Source: an archaeon (lineage in GTDB: Archaea; EX4484-52; WAPT01). Taken from it: 64,000 nucleotides of DNA. Position 1 is the stretch's first letter. Each line of letters begins with the position of its first letter. Below are positions 20,514 through 31,496 of this stretch, one piece after another. The DNA is taken from positions 32,001 through 96,000 of the forward strand of contig JAPDKB010000004.1 in the NCBI GenBank assembly GCA_029258795.1, read 5' to 3'. The notes under the pieces were generated by a model that searched no databases, had not been told where the DNA came from, and saw nothing but the letters and a program-made list of their open reading frames with translations. The translations under genes were made by a program, and so were the position numbers.

Positions 20514-22268
20514 GTGAAAAATATGGCAAAGGATGTCGGCAAGATATACCGAATTGCTGGTCCGGTCGTGGTGGCAAAAGGTATCCATGCTAAAATGTAT
20601 GATGTTGTTAGAGTTGGACACGAAAAGTTGATGGGTGAAGTGATTCAGATAGACGGAGATAAAACCATAATACAGGTTTATGAAGACACAACAGGACTTA
20701 AGCCGGGAGAGCCCGTGGAAAACACAGGAAAACCTCTCACAGTTACCCTTGGTCCCGGTTTGCTCGCGAACATTTACGACGGTGTGCAGCGCCCGCTTAG
20801 CATGCTGAAAGAAAAGTCCGGAGATTTTATAGCCAGAGGTATAGAAGCTTTTGCACTTGATGAAAAGAAGAAGTGGGAGTTCGTTGCCACAAAGAAGAAA
20901 GGGGATTATGTTAGGGGTGGAGATGTGATTGGATACGTGATGGAGTTCAACACCAAACACCACATCATGGTTCCTCCCGACGTCAAGGGAGGAAAAATAA
21001 AATCCATCTCATCCGGAAATTTCACGGTCAGGGATGTTGTCTGCACGTTAGAAGATGGAACGGAAATAAAGCTCAGCCACGAGTGGCCAATAAGAAAGCC
21101 ACGCCCCTACAGGAAGAAGTTGAAGCCCGAAGTTCCATTAACCACAGGGCAGAGAATTCTGGATGCGCTTTTCCCAATCGCAAAGGGAGGTACAGCCGCC
21201 ATACCGGGTCCATTCGGTGCAGGTAAAACGGTAACGCAGCAGACACTTGCCAAGTTCAGTGATGCTGATATTGTGGTTTATATTGGCTGTGGTGAGCGCG
21301 GCAATGAGATGACCGAAGTTCTGGAGGAGTTCCCAGAGCTTGATGACCCAAGGACAGGCAACCCTCTCATGAACAGAACTGTTTTGATAGCTAACACCTC
21401 CAACATGCCTGTGGCAGCGAGAGAGGCATCCATCTATACGGGCATAACCATAGCTGAATACTACAGAGACATGGGTTATGATGTCGCATTGATGGCTGAC
21501 TCCACATCCAGATGGGCTGAGGCGATGCGTGAAATTTCAAGCAGGCTGGAGGAGATGCCCGGAGAGGAGGGCTATCCCGCTTACCTCCCAACCAAGCTTG
21601 CGGAATTTTACGAGAGAGCTGGAAGAGTTCTGCCTCTGGGAGTTGAGGATATAGGATCTGTCACCATCATAGGAGCTGTCTCTCCACCCGGTGGAGATTT
21701 CAGCGAGCCGGTAACGCAGAACACGCTGCGCGTTGTTAAGGTGTTCTGGGCTCTCGATGCCAAACTTGCACACAGGAGGCATTTCCCCGCAATAAACTGG
21801 CTGACCTCCTACTCTCTTTACCTTGACACGCTTGAGCCGTGGTTTGCAGAGAATGTCGCAAGTGATTGGATAGAAAAGGTCAGGAAAGCGATGGAAATTT
21901 TACAGGAAGAGGAGAAGCTGCAGGAGATAGTGCAGCTTGTGGGTAGCGATGCCCTCCCACCAAAGGAGAGGATAACGCTTGAAGTGGCAAGGATGCTCAG
22001 AGAGTTCTTCCTGCAGCAGAACGCTTTCCATGAGGTGGACAGATACTGCCCTCTGGACAAAACATACCTCCTGCTTGACCTCATATTGAAATATGAGGTG
22101 TTTGCAAGAGAGGCACTTGCAAACAATGTTGCGCTTGAGGACATACTCAACATCAAATCCAAGAAGAAGATAGCGGAACTCAAGTTTATTGAGGACTACA
22201 AGAAGGAGATAGAAAAGATAGAGAAAGAGATGGAGAATGAATTCAAAGCTCTTGTGAGGGGTGAGTGA
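20514..22268 (+). CDS. atpA: A/V-type ATP synthase catalytic subunit A (no intein)
   Basis: [27 protein letters not shown]. Confidence 0.98.
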   Translation: MKNMAKDVGKIYRIAGPVVVAKGIHAKMYDVVRVGHEKLMGEVIQIDGDKTIIQVYEDTTGLKPGEPVENTGKPLTVTLGPGLLANIYDGVQRPLSMLKEKSGDFIARGIEAFALDEKKKWEFVATKKKGDYVRGGDVIGYVMEFNTKHHIMVPPDVKGGKIKSISSGNFTVRDVVCTLEDGTEIKLSHEWPIRKPRPYRKKLKPEVPLTTGQRILDALFPIAKGGTAAIPGPFGAGKTVTQQTLAKFSDADIVVYIGCGERGNEMTEVLEEFPELDDPRTGNPLMNRTVLIANTSNMPVAAREASIYTGITIAEYYRDMGYDVALMADSTSRWAEAMREISSRLEEMPGEEGYPAYLPTKLAEFYERAGRVLPLGVEDIGSVTIIGAVSPPGGDFSEPVTQNTLRVVKVFWALDAKLAHRRHFPAINWLTSYSLYLDTLEPWFAENVASDWIEKVRKAMEILQEEEKLQEIVQLVGSDALPPKERITLEVARMLREFFLQQNAFHEVDRYCPLDKTYLLLDLILKYEVFAREALANNVALEDILNIKSKKKIAELKFIEDYKKEIEKIEKEMENEFKALVRGE

Positions 22269-23677
22269 AGATGGCAATGAAGGAAGCTCATAAGTTTAAG
22301 GAGTACAAAACCATTGAAAGGATAGCAGGTCCACTGGTTTTTGTAAAGAAAGTTAAGGATGTTGCATACGGAGAGGTGGTTGAGGTCATTCTTTCCAATG
22401 GAGAGAGAAGAATGGGTCAGGTGCTTGACAGCTCGGAAGATATAGTTGTGGTGCAGATATTTGAGGGAACGAGCGGAATAGACAAGGAGAACACAAAGAT
22501 AAAGTTTACGGGAGAAGTGATAAAGCTTCCCGTCTCCCTTGACATGCTGGGCAGGATATTCAATGGGAGAGGCGAGCCCATTGATGGAGGCCCAGAAATC
22601 GTGCCTGAAAAGGAGATGGATATAATCGGTAGCGCTATCAATCCATACAGCAGAGCTCCACCTTCCGAGTTCATCCAGACGGGAATTTCAGCGATAGATG
22701 GTATGAACACGCTTGTTAGGGGGCAAAAGTTGCCCATATTCTCCGGCTCTGGCTTGCCTCACAACGAGATAGCGCTGCAGATAGCAAGACAGGCAAAGGT
22801 TGTTGGAAAGGATGAGAAGTTTGCGGTGGTCTTTGCAGCCATGGGTATAACTCATGAGGAGGCGCAGCGCTTCATAGATGATTTTGAGGAGACAGGCGCT
22901 CTTGAAAGAGCCGTTGTCTTCCTCAACCTTGCTGATGACCCTGCTGTGGAAAGGTTGATCACCCCAAGACTTGCGCTCACAACAGCGGAATATCTTGCCT
23001 TTGACAAGGACATGCATGTGCTTGTTATCCTTACGGACATGACTAACTACTGTGAGAGCTTGAGAGAGATAGCTGCAGCAAGAGAGGAGGTGCCCGGAAG
23101 AAGAGGTTATCCCGGTTACATGTATACGGACCTTGCAACAATTTACGAGAGAGCTGGAAGGATAAAGGGCAAGAAGGGAAGCATAACACAGATACCGATC
23201 CTCACCATGCCCGGAGATGATATAACACACCCGATTCCGGACTTGACGGGTTACATAACAGAAGGGCAGATAGTGCTGAGCAGAGAGCTTCACCGCAAAG
23301 GTCTTTACCCCCCAATAGATGTCCTGCCCTCACTTTCTAGGTTGATGAACGCTGGTATTGGTAAGGGTAAAACCAGAGAGGATCACAAACAGGTTTCTGA
23401 TCAGCTTTATGCACTTTATGCAGAGGGTAGGGATTTGAGAGGGCTTGTCGCCATAGTTGGAGAGGAAGCTTTATCTGAGAGAGACAAGCTCGTGTTGAAG
23501 TTCGCTGATAGGTTTGAGAAGGAGTTCGTGCAGCAGGGAAGGAAGGAGGACAGGAGCATAGAGGAAACCCTGAAAATAGCATGGAACCTGCTTTCAATGT
23601 TGCCTGAAGAGGAACTGACCAGAATCTCTCCAGAGTTCAGAAAGAAGTACTACAAAAAAGATGAGAAAAAAGAGTGA
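22265..23677 (+). CDS. atpB: A/V-type ATP synthase subunit B
   Basis: [29 protein letters not shown]. Confidence 0.98.
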   Translation: MKMAMKEAHKFKEYKTIERIAGPLVFVKKVKDVAYGEVVEVILSNGERRMGQVLDSSEDIVVVQIFEGTSGIDKENTKIKFTGEVIKLPVSLDMLGRIFNGRGEPIDGGPEIVPEKEMDIIGSAINPYSRAPPSEFIQTGISAIDGMNTLVRGQKLPIFSGSGLPHNEIALQIARQAKVVGKDEKFAVVFAAMGITHEEAQRFIDDFEETGALERAVVFLNLADDPAVERLITPRLALTTAEYLAFDKDMHVLVILTDMTNYCESLREIAAAREEVPGRRGYPGYMYTDLATIYERAGRIKGKKGSITQIPILTMPGDDITHPIPDLTGYITEGQIVLSRELHRKGLYPPIDVLPSLSRLMNAGIGKGKTREDHKQVSDQLYALYAEGRDLRGLVAIVGEEALSERDKLVLKFADRFEKEFVQQGRKEDRSIEETLKIAWNLLSMLPEEELTRISPEFRKKYYKKDEKKE

Positions 23678-23686
23678 AGCCGGTGG

Positions 23687-24310
23687 ATGCACGTGATGGA
23701 TGTTAAACCCACAAGATCAGAACTGTTGAACTTGAAGAAGAAAATACAGCTGGCAAAATCAGGACACAAACTGCTGAAGAAGAAGAGAGACGGACTGATC
23801 ATGGAGTTCTTCGAAATTTTGAAAGAAGCCAAACGGGTGATGGATGAGACCAGCAATCTTTATGAAGTGGCCAAGCAAAGGCTGGTTATTGCAGAGATAA
23901 CGGAAGGTGCGACAAAACTCAGATCAGTAGCGATGGGGGTGGCGCCATTCCCCTCCATAAACTTCACCACAGCAAACCTCATGGGTGTGAAAGTGCCAAA
24001 GGTGGAGGTGGAAGGAAGCGAGCTACATTTGCTTGAGAGAGGTCTCGGTCTTTTAAGCACCGATGCGAGGATAGATGAGGCATCCTACTATTACCGACTT
24101 CTGGTTGAAAAGCTGGTGAAGTATGCAGAGATAATAGCGACTCTTTACAAAATGCTGGATGAGATAGAAAAAACCAAGAGAAAGGTCAATGCTCTCGAAT
24201 TTGAAGTAATTCCAAAGCTGGAGGAAGCCTCAAAGTTTATAACCCAAAGACTGGAAGAAATGGAAAGAGAAAACATATTCAGGCTTAAAAGAATCAAGAA
24301 AAAGAAGTGA
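23687..24310 (+). CDS. atpD: A/V-type ATP synthase subunit D
   Basis: KPTRSEL, GHKLLKKKRDGL, KTKRKVNALE. Confidence 0.96.
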   Translation: MHVMDVKPTRSELLNLKKKIQLAKSGHKLLKKKRDGLIMEFFEILKEAKRVMDETSNLYEVAKQRLVIAEITEGATKLRSVAMGVAPFPSINFTTANLMGVKVPKVEVEGSELHLLERGLGLLSTDARIDEASYYYRLLVEKLVKYAEIIATLYKMLDEIEKTKRKVNALEFEVIPKLEEASKFITQRLEEMERENIFRLKRIKKKK

Positions 24311-24526
24311 TCATTTCTTTTTCAGCTTCCAGTAGACCTTCTTACTCTCCCCAATTCTCGCTATCCTGTACTCGCAATCTATCTTACCCTCGTCCTTCAA
24401 TCTATAACAGTGTGTATTTGCCGTGCTCCAGCTTATTCCCAGCTTCTTAGCTATTTGATATGTGGTCAGGGGTTCTTTCGCTTCTTTAAGCACCTTAAGT
24501 ATTGCCTCAGCAACGCTTTTGGTCAT
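24311..24526 (-). CDS. Small winged-HTH DNA-binding protein
   Basis: PLTTYQIAKKLGISWSTANTHCYRL HTH; start placed at ATG 24526. Confidence 0.8.
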   Translation of the reverse strand: MTKSVAEAILKVLKEAKEPLTTYQIAKKLGISWSTANTHCYRLKDEGKIDCEYRIARIGESKKVYWKLKKK

Positions 24527-24693
24527 GAAAGCACCTCTCGAGGTATCAAGATACAGATTTATTATTTCAATTAAAGCCCAAACTCCTATATAAAAATTTC
24601 GTTTTTCCAAAACCGCATTTTCCATTATTTACAAAATTTCACATTAAAAAGAGAAAAGGAGGTAGTTCTTAGTTTATTTTTACTCGGGGGAAA

Positions 24694-25314
24694 TTACTCT
24701 CCTTCCATTGCCTGCCTTATCTGGTGCAAAAGCTCTGCTGGAGTTTTTATCGGATACCTGAGTTTGTCCAGAATATCCTCGATTCTCTTGCCCTTTATCA
24801 CCATACCCTCCAGCTTTCTCTGCAGAGTGTCTTTTTCAACAGGGAAATCAGTACCCTTAAGCTTTGCGAGCACATGCACTGCCCAGTCAGCACCCAAACT
24901 CTTAACGGCCTGCTTTGTTATCTCTATGGCAAGGTTGATTTCATCCCTTCCGGCGAGAATCTCCTGATAGGCAAGCTTTGCGAGAGCTCCAGCTGTATGA
25001 GTCCTCTTCTCCTCATCCTTCTCTCCAGCAACATCATCCAGCTTGGATTTTATCGCTTCAGGATCAGCCCTCAACATGTTCTGCACTGTCTGCTTTGTCA
25101 CACCCAGTACGGATGCTATGTGCTCAGCACTGTAGTTCTTCTCCTTTGCATAAACTATGGCATAGCTTGCAGCCATCAAACTCGGAAGCCACGTCAAGTT
25201 GCGGTGCTCAACCAGCTTTCTTGGACCGCCAAGAATCTCTATGGACTTGAGAAATACTCTCATGGCTTTGGCATCAACATCATCCTCAACCGGCTTGACC
25301 TCTATCACCATCAT
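24694..25314 (-). CDS. KaiC-associated regulatory-domain (HTH) protein
   Basis: LGGPRKLVEHRNLTWLPSLMAASY, HTAGALAKLAY; overlaps the KaiC gene stop; resembles the near-KaiC regulatory domain family (TIGR03879-like, from memory). Confidence 0.75.
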   Translation of the reverse strand: MMVIEVKPVEDDVDAKAMRVFLKSIEILGGPRKLVEHRNLTWLPSLMAASYAIVYAKEKNYSAEHIASVLGVTKQTVQNMLRADPEAIKSKLDDVAGEKDEEKRTHTAGALAKLAYQEILAGRDEINLAIEITKQAVKSLGADWAVHVLAKLKGTDFPVEKDTLQRKLEGMVIKGKRIEDILDKLRYPIKTPAELLHQIRQAMEGE

Positions 25315-26225
25315 TCACCACCTCCTGAATAGGATTTCAAACCTACCTGACTTGATTCCTTCATTAACTCTTCAAGTGGAGGTCCAACCTTTACCAAGCC
25401 CGTCTCTGTTATTTCGAAAACATGAGTCCTTGTGTCGTGACCGCACATCCTGCAACCATCAATTCTTATAAGCCGCACCACCGAACCTACGGGTTTCTTG
25501 TAAAGGCTTGCAGCATACCTGCTCATTATCAGCTCCTTTGAGAGCACGATAGAACAATCCACTATGTGGCTTACTGCATAACCGCCAGCCGCTTCAGCTG
25601 TCAGCTCTTCATGTCCGCTCCTCTTTTGAGATACGAATATCGCTGTCTGATGGTGCAGCTTCATGAAATTGAACAGCTTCCTGACTATACTCCTTGCCAT
25701 CATTTCTTTTGCTTCGTAAAGTCCGGTAACAGAATCTATGACTACCGACTTAGTATCATAATTGTCTATCGCGTATTCCAGAGTGTTAAGCAAGCTTGAG
25801 ATATCCTCTCTCAACACAGAATGAGTTGCTGCATCAACCATCACAATGTTGTTCTCTATATCATCCCATTTTATGCCCATAGCTCTGGCTCTTTCTCTTA
25901 ATCCCACACTCACAAAAGCTGAAGGCGATTCCACAGTTACAAAGCAAACTCTGTAACCTCTCGATGCTTGAGTTACTGCAAACTGCTCCACCATCAAGCT
26001 CTTCCCCGTATCGGAAACGCCTGTTAGGTTAACCACAGCCAGATATGGAATTCCACCGAGCGGAACCCTCTTCACTTTACCTCCTTCAATCTTCGTGGTG
26101 AAGAACATCTCATCAAGTCCTTCCACACCCGTAGGTATGCCGAAGAGTTTTGGAGCCCTCTTCCCCGCTTCTTCCAGCGTTTCCACCGCTTCTTTCACAA
26201 CCTTTTCCCGTACTTCCTCGCGCAT
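25311..26225 (-). CDS. Single-domain KaiC-family ATPase (thermophile AF_0795 / TIGR03878-like)
   Basis: GVSDTGKS Walker A, VIDSVTG, SQKRSGHEELTAEAAGGYAVSHIVD, RIDGCRMCGHDT. Confidence 0.88.
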   Translation of the reverse strand: MREEVREKVVKEAVETLEEAGKRAPKLFGIPTGVEGLDEMFFTTKIEGGKVKRVPLGGIPYLAVVNLTGVSDTGKSLMVEQFAVTQASRGYRVCFVTVESPSAFVSVGLRERARAMGIKWDDIENNIVMVDAATHSVLREDISSLLNTLEYAIDNYDTKSVVIDSVTGLYEAKEMMARSIVRKLFNFMKLHHQTAIFVSQKRSGHEELTAEAAGGYAVSHIVDCSIVLSKELIMSRYAASLYKKPVGSVVRLIRIDGCRMCGHDTRTHVFEITETGLVKVGPPLEELMKESSQVGLKSYSGGGE

Positions 26226-26300
26226 AGTAATATTTTTGTTATCGAAACTTTTTAACTCATAATCAAAATCTTTATATGCAAGTTAAAAGAACCAAATATT

Positions 26301-26960
26301 ATGTTCTTGCGCAAGAAAAAATTGAATGTAATCGTGGTTGGTGGAGGGAAAATAGGGGAGCACGTGTCCAAGCTCTTTGAAACAAGAGGTCATAGTGTGT
26401 GCGTTATTGAAAAGGATGAAGAGCTGGCAAAAGAACTCTCCACCAGAATAGGAAGCACTGTTATAAATGGGGATGGAACAGACATGCTTGTGTTGAAGGA
26501 TGCTGGCATAACCAATGCTGATGTGTTCATCGCCCTCACCGGAGATGACAAAGTTAACCTCATGGCATGTGAGATTGCAAAGAGCTTCAACGTGCCAAAA
26601 ATAATAAGCATAGTTAATAAACCTGGCAATGAGGAGCTATTTCTCAAGCTGGGTGTAAATGACATAGTGGCGGTAACGCAGCAAGTTGCAAATGCCGTTG
26701 AGAACATGATAATGAAGGGGGGTAGCAGGGTTATTGGAGAGGTGGCGGATGGATCAGTCAAGGTTGTTGAGCTGCTCATAGGCGAGAATTCAAAATATGT
26801 TGGGAAGATGAAGGACGAGGTGAAGGATTTTCTGCTTGCAGGAATATGGAGAAACGGAGCTTTCATTTTTCCACACAATCACGTTAAAATCAATGCGGGA
26901 GACCTCATTCTTGCGGTGGTGAGAACCAAGGATCTGGACAAGGTAATGTCTAGGCTGTGA
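26301..26960 (+). CDS. trkA: Trk K+ uptake NAD-binding subunit
   Basis: VVGGGKIG Rossmann motif, GDGTD, TGDDKVN. Confidence 0.9.
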   Translation: MFLRKKKLNVIVVGGGKIGEHVSKLFETRGHSVCVIEKDEELAKELSTRIGSTVINGDGTDMLVLKDAGITNADVFIALTGDDKVNLMACEIAKSFNVPKIISIVNKPGNEELFLKLGVNDIVAVTQQVANAVENMIMKGGSRVIGEVADGSVKVVELLIGENSKYVGKMKDEVKDFLLAGIWRNGAFIFPHNHVKINAGDLILAVVRTKDLDKVMSRL

Positions 26961-26966
26961 TGCGAC

Positions 26967-28331
26967 ATGAGAAGTGTGCTTGGTTATTTAGGCGTGCTGC
27001 TTCAGATAATAGCAGTGTTCTCTCTGATTCCTGGGATTGCAGCTTTGATATGGAACGAGTTTGCCTACGCATTCTACATGATGTCGCTGGTTTTCGTGTT
27101 TTTGGGCATAATTCTGGAAAAGTATTTCGGGACTAAGGACGAGTTGACCATATCTGACGGTTTGAAACTCACAGCCATATCTTTTGTTGTGGTCCCCGTA
27201 ATTGCCACCATCCCTTACTTAACCCTGCTTAAAAATTCAATAACTTTTACGGATGCACTTTTCGAAAGCATTTCAGGGTTTACAACCACTGGGCTAACAG
27301 TATTTGATGACCCCTCTACACTTCCCAAATCGTTGCTGCTGTGGAGAAGCATGACTCAGTGGATAGGAGGGATTGGAATAGTGGTGGTTTTCCTCGGATT
27401 TTTGAGAAACGCATCAACCTCAGCGCTCAACATATTCTCCGCACAGAACATCGAAAAGAAGGTTGGATACGACATAATCAGGCTTGCTCGCAGAATCTTT
27501 CAAATATACCTCATGCTTACATTTACAGGATTTCTTCTATTTTTCATCGCGAGTAAAAGCGTTTTCACATCCATCAATTATGCACTGACCTCCATATCCA
27601 CTGGAGGTTTTCAAGTGGGTGCGCAGTTTCCATCAAGCCATGGAATGATGCTTGTAGCCATCATCATGATGATTGCAGGAGCCACAAGCTTCCTACTTCA
27701 TGACGAGCTGTTGAGGAGAAGGATAAAAAATGTAATTAAATCAGTGCCTTTTATGGGTATGATATCTTATCTTACTGTTTTCGTTCTGTACTCGTTTATA
27801 AATACTGGAAGCCTGGAATTTTCAGTGTTTCAGGTTGTCTCGGCGCTCACCACAACGGGATATCAGGTGGTGGATATAGCGTCGTTGCCTCTCCACCTCT
27901 TTTTCATACTTCTTATAGGGATGATCATTGGGGGGAACACGAACTCCACAGCAGGAGGCATAAAGACGGAGAGGGTATGTTTAAGCTTAGCATCCATACC
28001 ATGGATGGTGAAAAAACTATCCTCTCCAAGGAGGGCGGTCATACCCCTTAAGCTTGGAAAAAAAGTGGTGAGTGATGAGGAAGCTAAACTTGCATTTGTG
28101 TTCATTGGAGCCTACTTTATATTCGGAGTTGCTTCAGCGTTCTTCATAGCTTCATTTGGTGTGGGGTTTGAACACGCGCTCTTCCAATCCTTCTCAGCTA
28201 TAGGTACTGTGGGTCTGAGCACGCAGTCGTTAGCTTCATATCCTTTTTTAGCCAAGCTGAACCTCATGGTGCTCATGTTGATGGGGAGATTGGAGATATT
28301 TCCGCTGTTGATACTGCTGAAAAGAGAATGA
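26967..28331 (+). CDS. trkH: Trk K+ uptake membrane subunit
   Basis: FESISGFTTTG, ISTGG, STAGGIK, MGRLE. Confidence 0.92.
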   Translation: MRSVLGYLGVLLQIIAVFSLIPGIAALIWNEFAYAFYMMSLVFVFLGIILEKYFGTKDELTISDGLKLTAISFVVVPVIATIPYLTLLKNSITFTDALFESISGFTTTGLTVFDDPSTLPKSLLLWRSMTQWIGGIGIVVVFLGFLRNASTSALNIFSAQNIEKKVGYDIIRLARRIFQIYLMLTFTGFLLFFIASKSVFTSINYALTSISTGGFQVGAQFPSSHGMMLVAIIMMIAGATSFLLHDELLRRRIKNVIKSVPFMGMISYLTVFVLYSFINTGSLEFSVFQVVSALTTTGYQVVDIASLPLHLFFILLIGMIIGGNTNSTAGGIKTERVCLSLASIPWMVKKLSSPRRAVIPLKLGKKVVSDEEAKLAFVFIGAYFIFGVASAFFIASFGVGFEHALFQSFSAIGTVGLSTQSLASYPFLAKLNLMVLMLMGRLEIFPLLILLKRE

Positions 28332-28337
28332 AGAGAG

Positions 28338-29849
28338 GTGTGGTCCATGCTGAAGCTCAGAACGAAGCAAATGGATGTGGAATCAAACAGCAATCTGGTT
28401 GTGTTGAACGAGAAGGATGCTTACAGGCTGGGGGCGCATGCAGGAGATAGAGTTGCGGTGCGTTATGGTGTGCAGGAAGCTTGTGCCATCGTTGAAACAA
28501 CCAAAGAATTGGTGGATGAAGGTACCATAGGACTTTCCAAAGAACTTGTGGGGTGTGGTGTGAAGGATGGATGTGTTGTTGAGGTTGTGCCAGTATCAAA
28601 GCCAAGATCAATAGATTTCATAAAAAAGAAGCTTAGCGGAGAGGAGCTGGACGAGAAGGAGATAAAAGAGATAATGAAAGACGTAGCTTCTGGCATGCTT
28701 TCGGACATGGAAATAGCAGCTTTCATATCTGCAGTTTATGTTTACGATTACACAGAAAATGAGATAACCGCCGTAATAAACGAGATGGTTAATGCCGGAC
28801 TCACCATCGAATGGAAGAAGAAATACGTGGCTAACAAGCACAGCATAGGTGGTGTGCCAGGAAATAGAGTCTCACCCATAGTCATTCCAATAGTTGCGGC
28901 TGCAGGAATAACAATTCCCAAATCATCATCAAGGGCGATAACCTCTCCGGCAGGCACTGCAGACACGATGGAAGTGATATGTGACGTTAGCTTCAGTGTG
29001 GATGAGATAAAAAGGATTGTGAGGAAGACGAACGGCTGCCTTGTGTGGGGTGGAGCGCTGGATCTAGCGCCCATAGACGATAAGCTGGTGAGGATAGAAA
29101 GACCACTTTCCCTTGACCCTCGCGGTCAGGTTTTAGCATCCGTACTGTCCAAAAAGAAAGCCATGGGTGCAAAACAGGTGGTGATAGACATACCTGTGGG
29201 AAGTGAAGCAAAAGTGAGGAGCATGGATGGCGCGTTGTCTCTTGCGAGAAGGTTCAAAAGCATAGGTGCAAAGCTGGGCATGCAGATTGAGTGCACCATA
29301 ACGAGAGGGGATGAGCCGATAGGGAGAGGAATCGGTCCCGTGCTCGAGATGATAGATATAATGAAGGTGTTGAGCAACAGATCAAAAGGACTTGAGGACT
29401 TGAAATCGAAATCAATCATGCTTGCTGGCAAGCTGTTGAAAATGTGTAATGCTGGAGATGAGTCCACAGCCAGAAAGATTCTGGAAAGCGGGAAAGCTCT
29501 CAAGAAGTTCAAGGAGATTGTGGAAGCCCAAAATGGCAGCATAGATGTAAAGCTGGAAGAGATGCTGGCTCAACATCATTACGATTTTGTGGCTGAGAAG
29601 GATGGAGTTGTGCTTGACGTAAGCATAAAGAGCATAGCAGGTATAGCGAGACGTGCTGGCGCTCCCATGGATAAAGGAGCGGGCATCTATATGTTCGTGA
29701 AGAAGGGTGAGCACGTAAAGAAAGGACAACCCCTTTTCAGAATTCACGCATCCACCTCCACCAAACTCAGAAGCGCTTTGAAATACGCGAGAGAAACCAA
29801 TCCAGTTATGATAGGCAGGAGGGAGGATTTGCTGTTGAGGACGTTATGA
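28338..29849 (+). CDS. AMP phosphorylase (archaeal thymidine phosphorylase family)
   Basis: N-terminal beta-barrel extension, KHSIGGVPGN, KSSSRAITSPAGTADTME. Confidence 0.9.
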   Translation: MWSMLKLRTKQMDVESNSNLVVLNEKDAYRLGAHAGDRVAVRYGVQEACAIVETTKELVDEGTIGLSKELVGCGVKDGCVVEVVPVSKPRSIDFIKKKLSGEELDEKEIKEIMKDVASGMLSDMEIAAFISAVYVYDYTENEITAVINEMVNAGLTIEWKKKYVANKHSIGGVPGNRVSPIVIPIVAAAGITIPKSSSRAITSPAGTADTMEVICDVSFSVDEIKRIVRKTNGCLVWGGALDLAPIDDKLVRIERPLSLDPRGQVLASVLSKKKAMGAKQVVIDIPVGSEAKVRSMDGALSLARRFKSIGAKLGMQIECTITRGDEPIGRGIGPVLEMIDIMKVLSNRSKGLEDLKSKSIMLAGKLLKMCNAGDESTARKILESGKALKKFKEIVEAQNGSIDVKLEEMLAQHHYDFVAEKDGVVLDVSIKSIAGIARRAGAPMDKGAGIYMFVKKGEHVKKGQPLFRIHASTSTKLRSALKYARETNPVMIGRREDLLLRTL

Positions 29850-31058
29850 TTATTCCACGATCTTCTCCTTTCCAATGATGTTGAGGATTTCATGCATCAA
29901 ATCCTTTGCATGAATTCTGGCAAGCATACCGTTCTGACAGTCCCTCTCTCCAAACCTGTAACAGCCATCAACCCTAACACCATCCCCACTTATGAGGAGG
30001 GGGACATCATCTCCGCTGTGGTCCTTCAAGCAGCACGGTGTTGAGTGATCTCCCGTCACAACCTTCAGGCATTTTGTGTTTTCAAGCTTAGAAAACGCAT
30101 CGTCAAACTTCTCTATGAACCTCTTTTTTCCAATGGCATCGCCATCATGCCCGAAGAGATCGGTGGCTTTAACATGCAGGAAAACAAAATCGTATTTTTT
30201 GAGGGCTCTTTTTGCTGCTTCAACCTTCGCACAAACATCCGTTTCCTTTGTGCCTGTAGCGCCCCTCACCTCCAGAACATTCATGCCAAGGAACCTTGCT
30301 ATACCTTTGTAAAGCCCCGTCCCCGCTATACAGCAGGCTTTCAGCCCGTACCTCTCCTTGAAACTTTCAACATGTTTATGTTGAGCAGCACCCCTTATCA
30401 AAATGTAATTTGCAGGGAGCAGACCCTTTCTGATGCGCTCTTTGTTCACCTCATGCCTCTCCAGAATCTCATGCACCTTTTTTACATACTCTTCCAGCAG
30501 CTTTGCAAGATTCCTTGCCCCACTCTCCTTACTCACAGCCCTGATTTTTCTAGGTTTGACACCAGTCTTGTGCGGGTCATTCCCCTTCACATTTTTGCTT
30601 ATGTTTTCACCTCTGACCACAAGCACAGCCCTGTGCTCCACTCCCGCCTTCAGAATGAACTTCACACCACCAATCTCCATGGTGAGGTCCTTTTCAAAAA
30701 CACTCACATCCTTTATCCTCCCAGCTCTTCTATCCACAATCTTTCCGTCCTTCATCGTTGCGAAGTTGACGCGGAATGCGACATCTCCTTCCTTCAGCTT
30801 GAAGTTAACACCGAGAGCTTCAGGCACCCCCCTGCCCGGATAAAACTTTTCTAATGGATGGTAGCCAAAAAGCTCGAAATGCGCCGGTCCAGATTCCACC
30901 ACCACACCCGGCTCAATGGGAGTGTGGAACCCACACATCCCCTCTCTTGCAAGAAAATCCAGAAATGGTGTGGAAGCAGCTTCCAAGGGTGTCTCGCCAT
31001 AAAGCTCCTTGCAGGGCCTGTCTCCCAATCCATCCAGAATGGTGAAGAGAATTTTCAT
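29850..31058 (-). CDS. apgM: 2,3-BPG-independent phosphoglycerate mutase
   Basis: LDGLGDRP, PGRGVPEALG, DRRAGRI, GHDG, TGDHSTP. Confidence 0.93.
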   Translation of the reverse strand: MKILFTILDGLGDRPCKELYGETPLEAASTPFLDFLAREGMCGFHTPIEPGVVVESGPAHFELFGYHPLEKFYPGRGVPEALGVNFKLKEGDVAFRVNFATMKDGKIVDRRAGRIKDVSVFEKDLTMEIGGVKFILKAGVEHRAVLVVRGENISKNVKGNDPHKTGVKPRKIRAVSKESGARNLAKLLEEYVKKVHEILERHEVNKERIRKGLLPANYILIRGAAQHKHVESFKERYGLKACCIAGTGLYKGIARFLGMNVLEVRGATGTKETDVCAKVEAAKRALKKYDFVFLHVKATDLFGHDGDAIGKKRFIEKFDDAFSKLENTKCLKVVTGDHSTPCCLKDHSGDDVPLLISGDGVRVDGCYRFGERDCQNGMLARIHAKDLMHEILNIIGKEKIVE

Positions 31059-31101
31059 GATAAAAAAAGTTATTCTTTTTTTATATTAAGTTTTCTGTTT
31101 A

Positions 31102-31428
31102 TCAGCTACACTTACACTTTAGTGTTGCATCTCCTAATAAAACATCCTTACATGTGTCCTTTACTCCACTCACAGAACAACTAATTCCTTTGTTTTCACA
31201 TAGATTTTTACACTCACCCTTTGCTATATCGCTTGGATCTGCATTCGGACTGGTAGAACACGCTCCCAACACACAGGTTTTACATGCTTGTAGTTCCTCT
31301 TGAGGCACAGTATTTTGAAGGGGCTGCATCCCTCCACCAAAAATACCTATAAGAACCATGGCAACCACTATCAGAACTACAGCAGCTATAACCAAGGTTA
31401 GTGGTGCAGATAAAGCCCTCCTAGCCAT
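31102..31428 (-). CDS. Small pilin-like protein with class III signal peptide and Cys-rich head
   Basis: MARRA|LSAPLTLVIAAVVLIVVAMVLIGIF followed by 9 Cys. Confidence 0.65.
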   Translation of the reverse strand: MARRALSAPLTLVIAAVVLIVVAMVLIGIFGGGMQPLQNTVPQEELQACKTCVLGACSTSPNADPSDIAKGECKNLCENKGISCSVSGVKDTCKDVLLGDATLKCKCS

Positions 31429-31496
31429 ACCCTTCTATTAGAGCGGAGGTTATATATAAAAATTTCGTTGATAATATGATGTTGTCTTGGGTTCTT

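Noticed and set aside
24687-24702. Fourth islet-end palindrome (GGGGAAATTACTCTCC)
   Set aside because: Only 11/16 identical and it overlaps a coding 3' end
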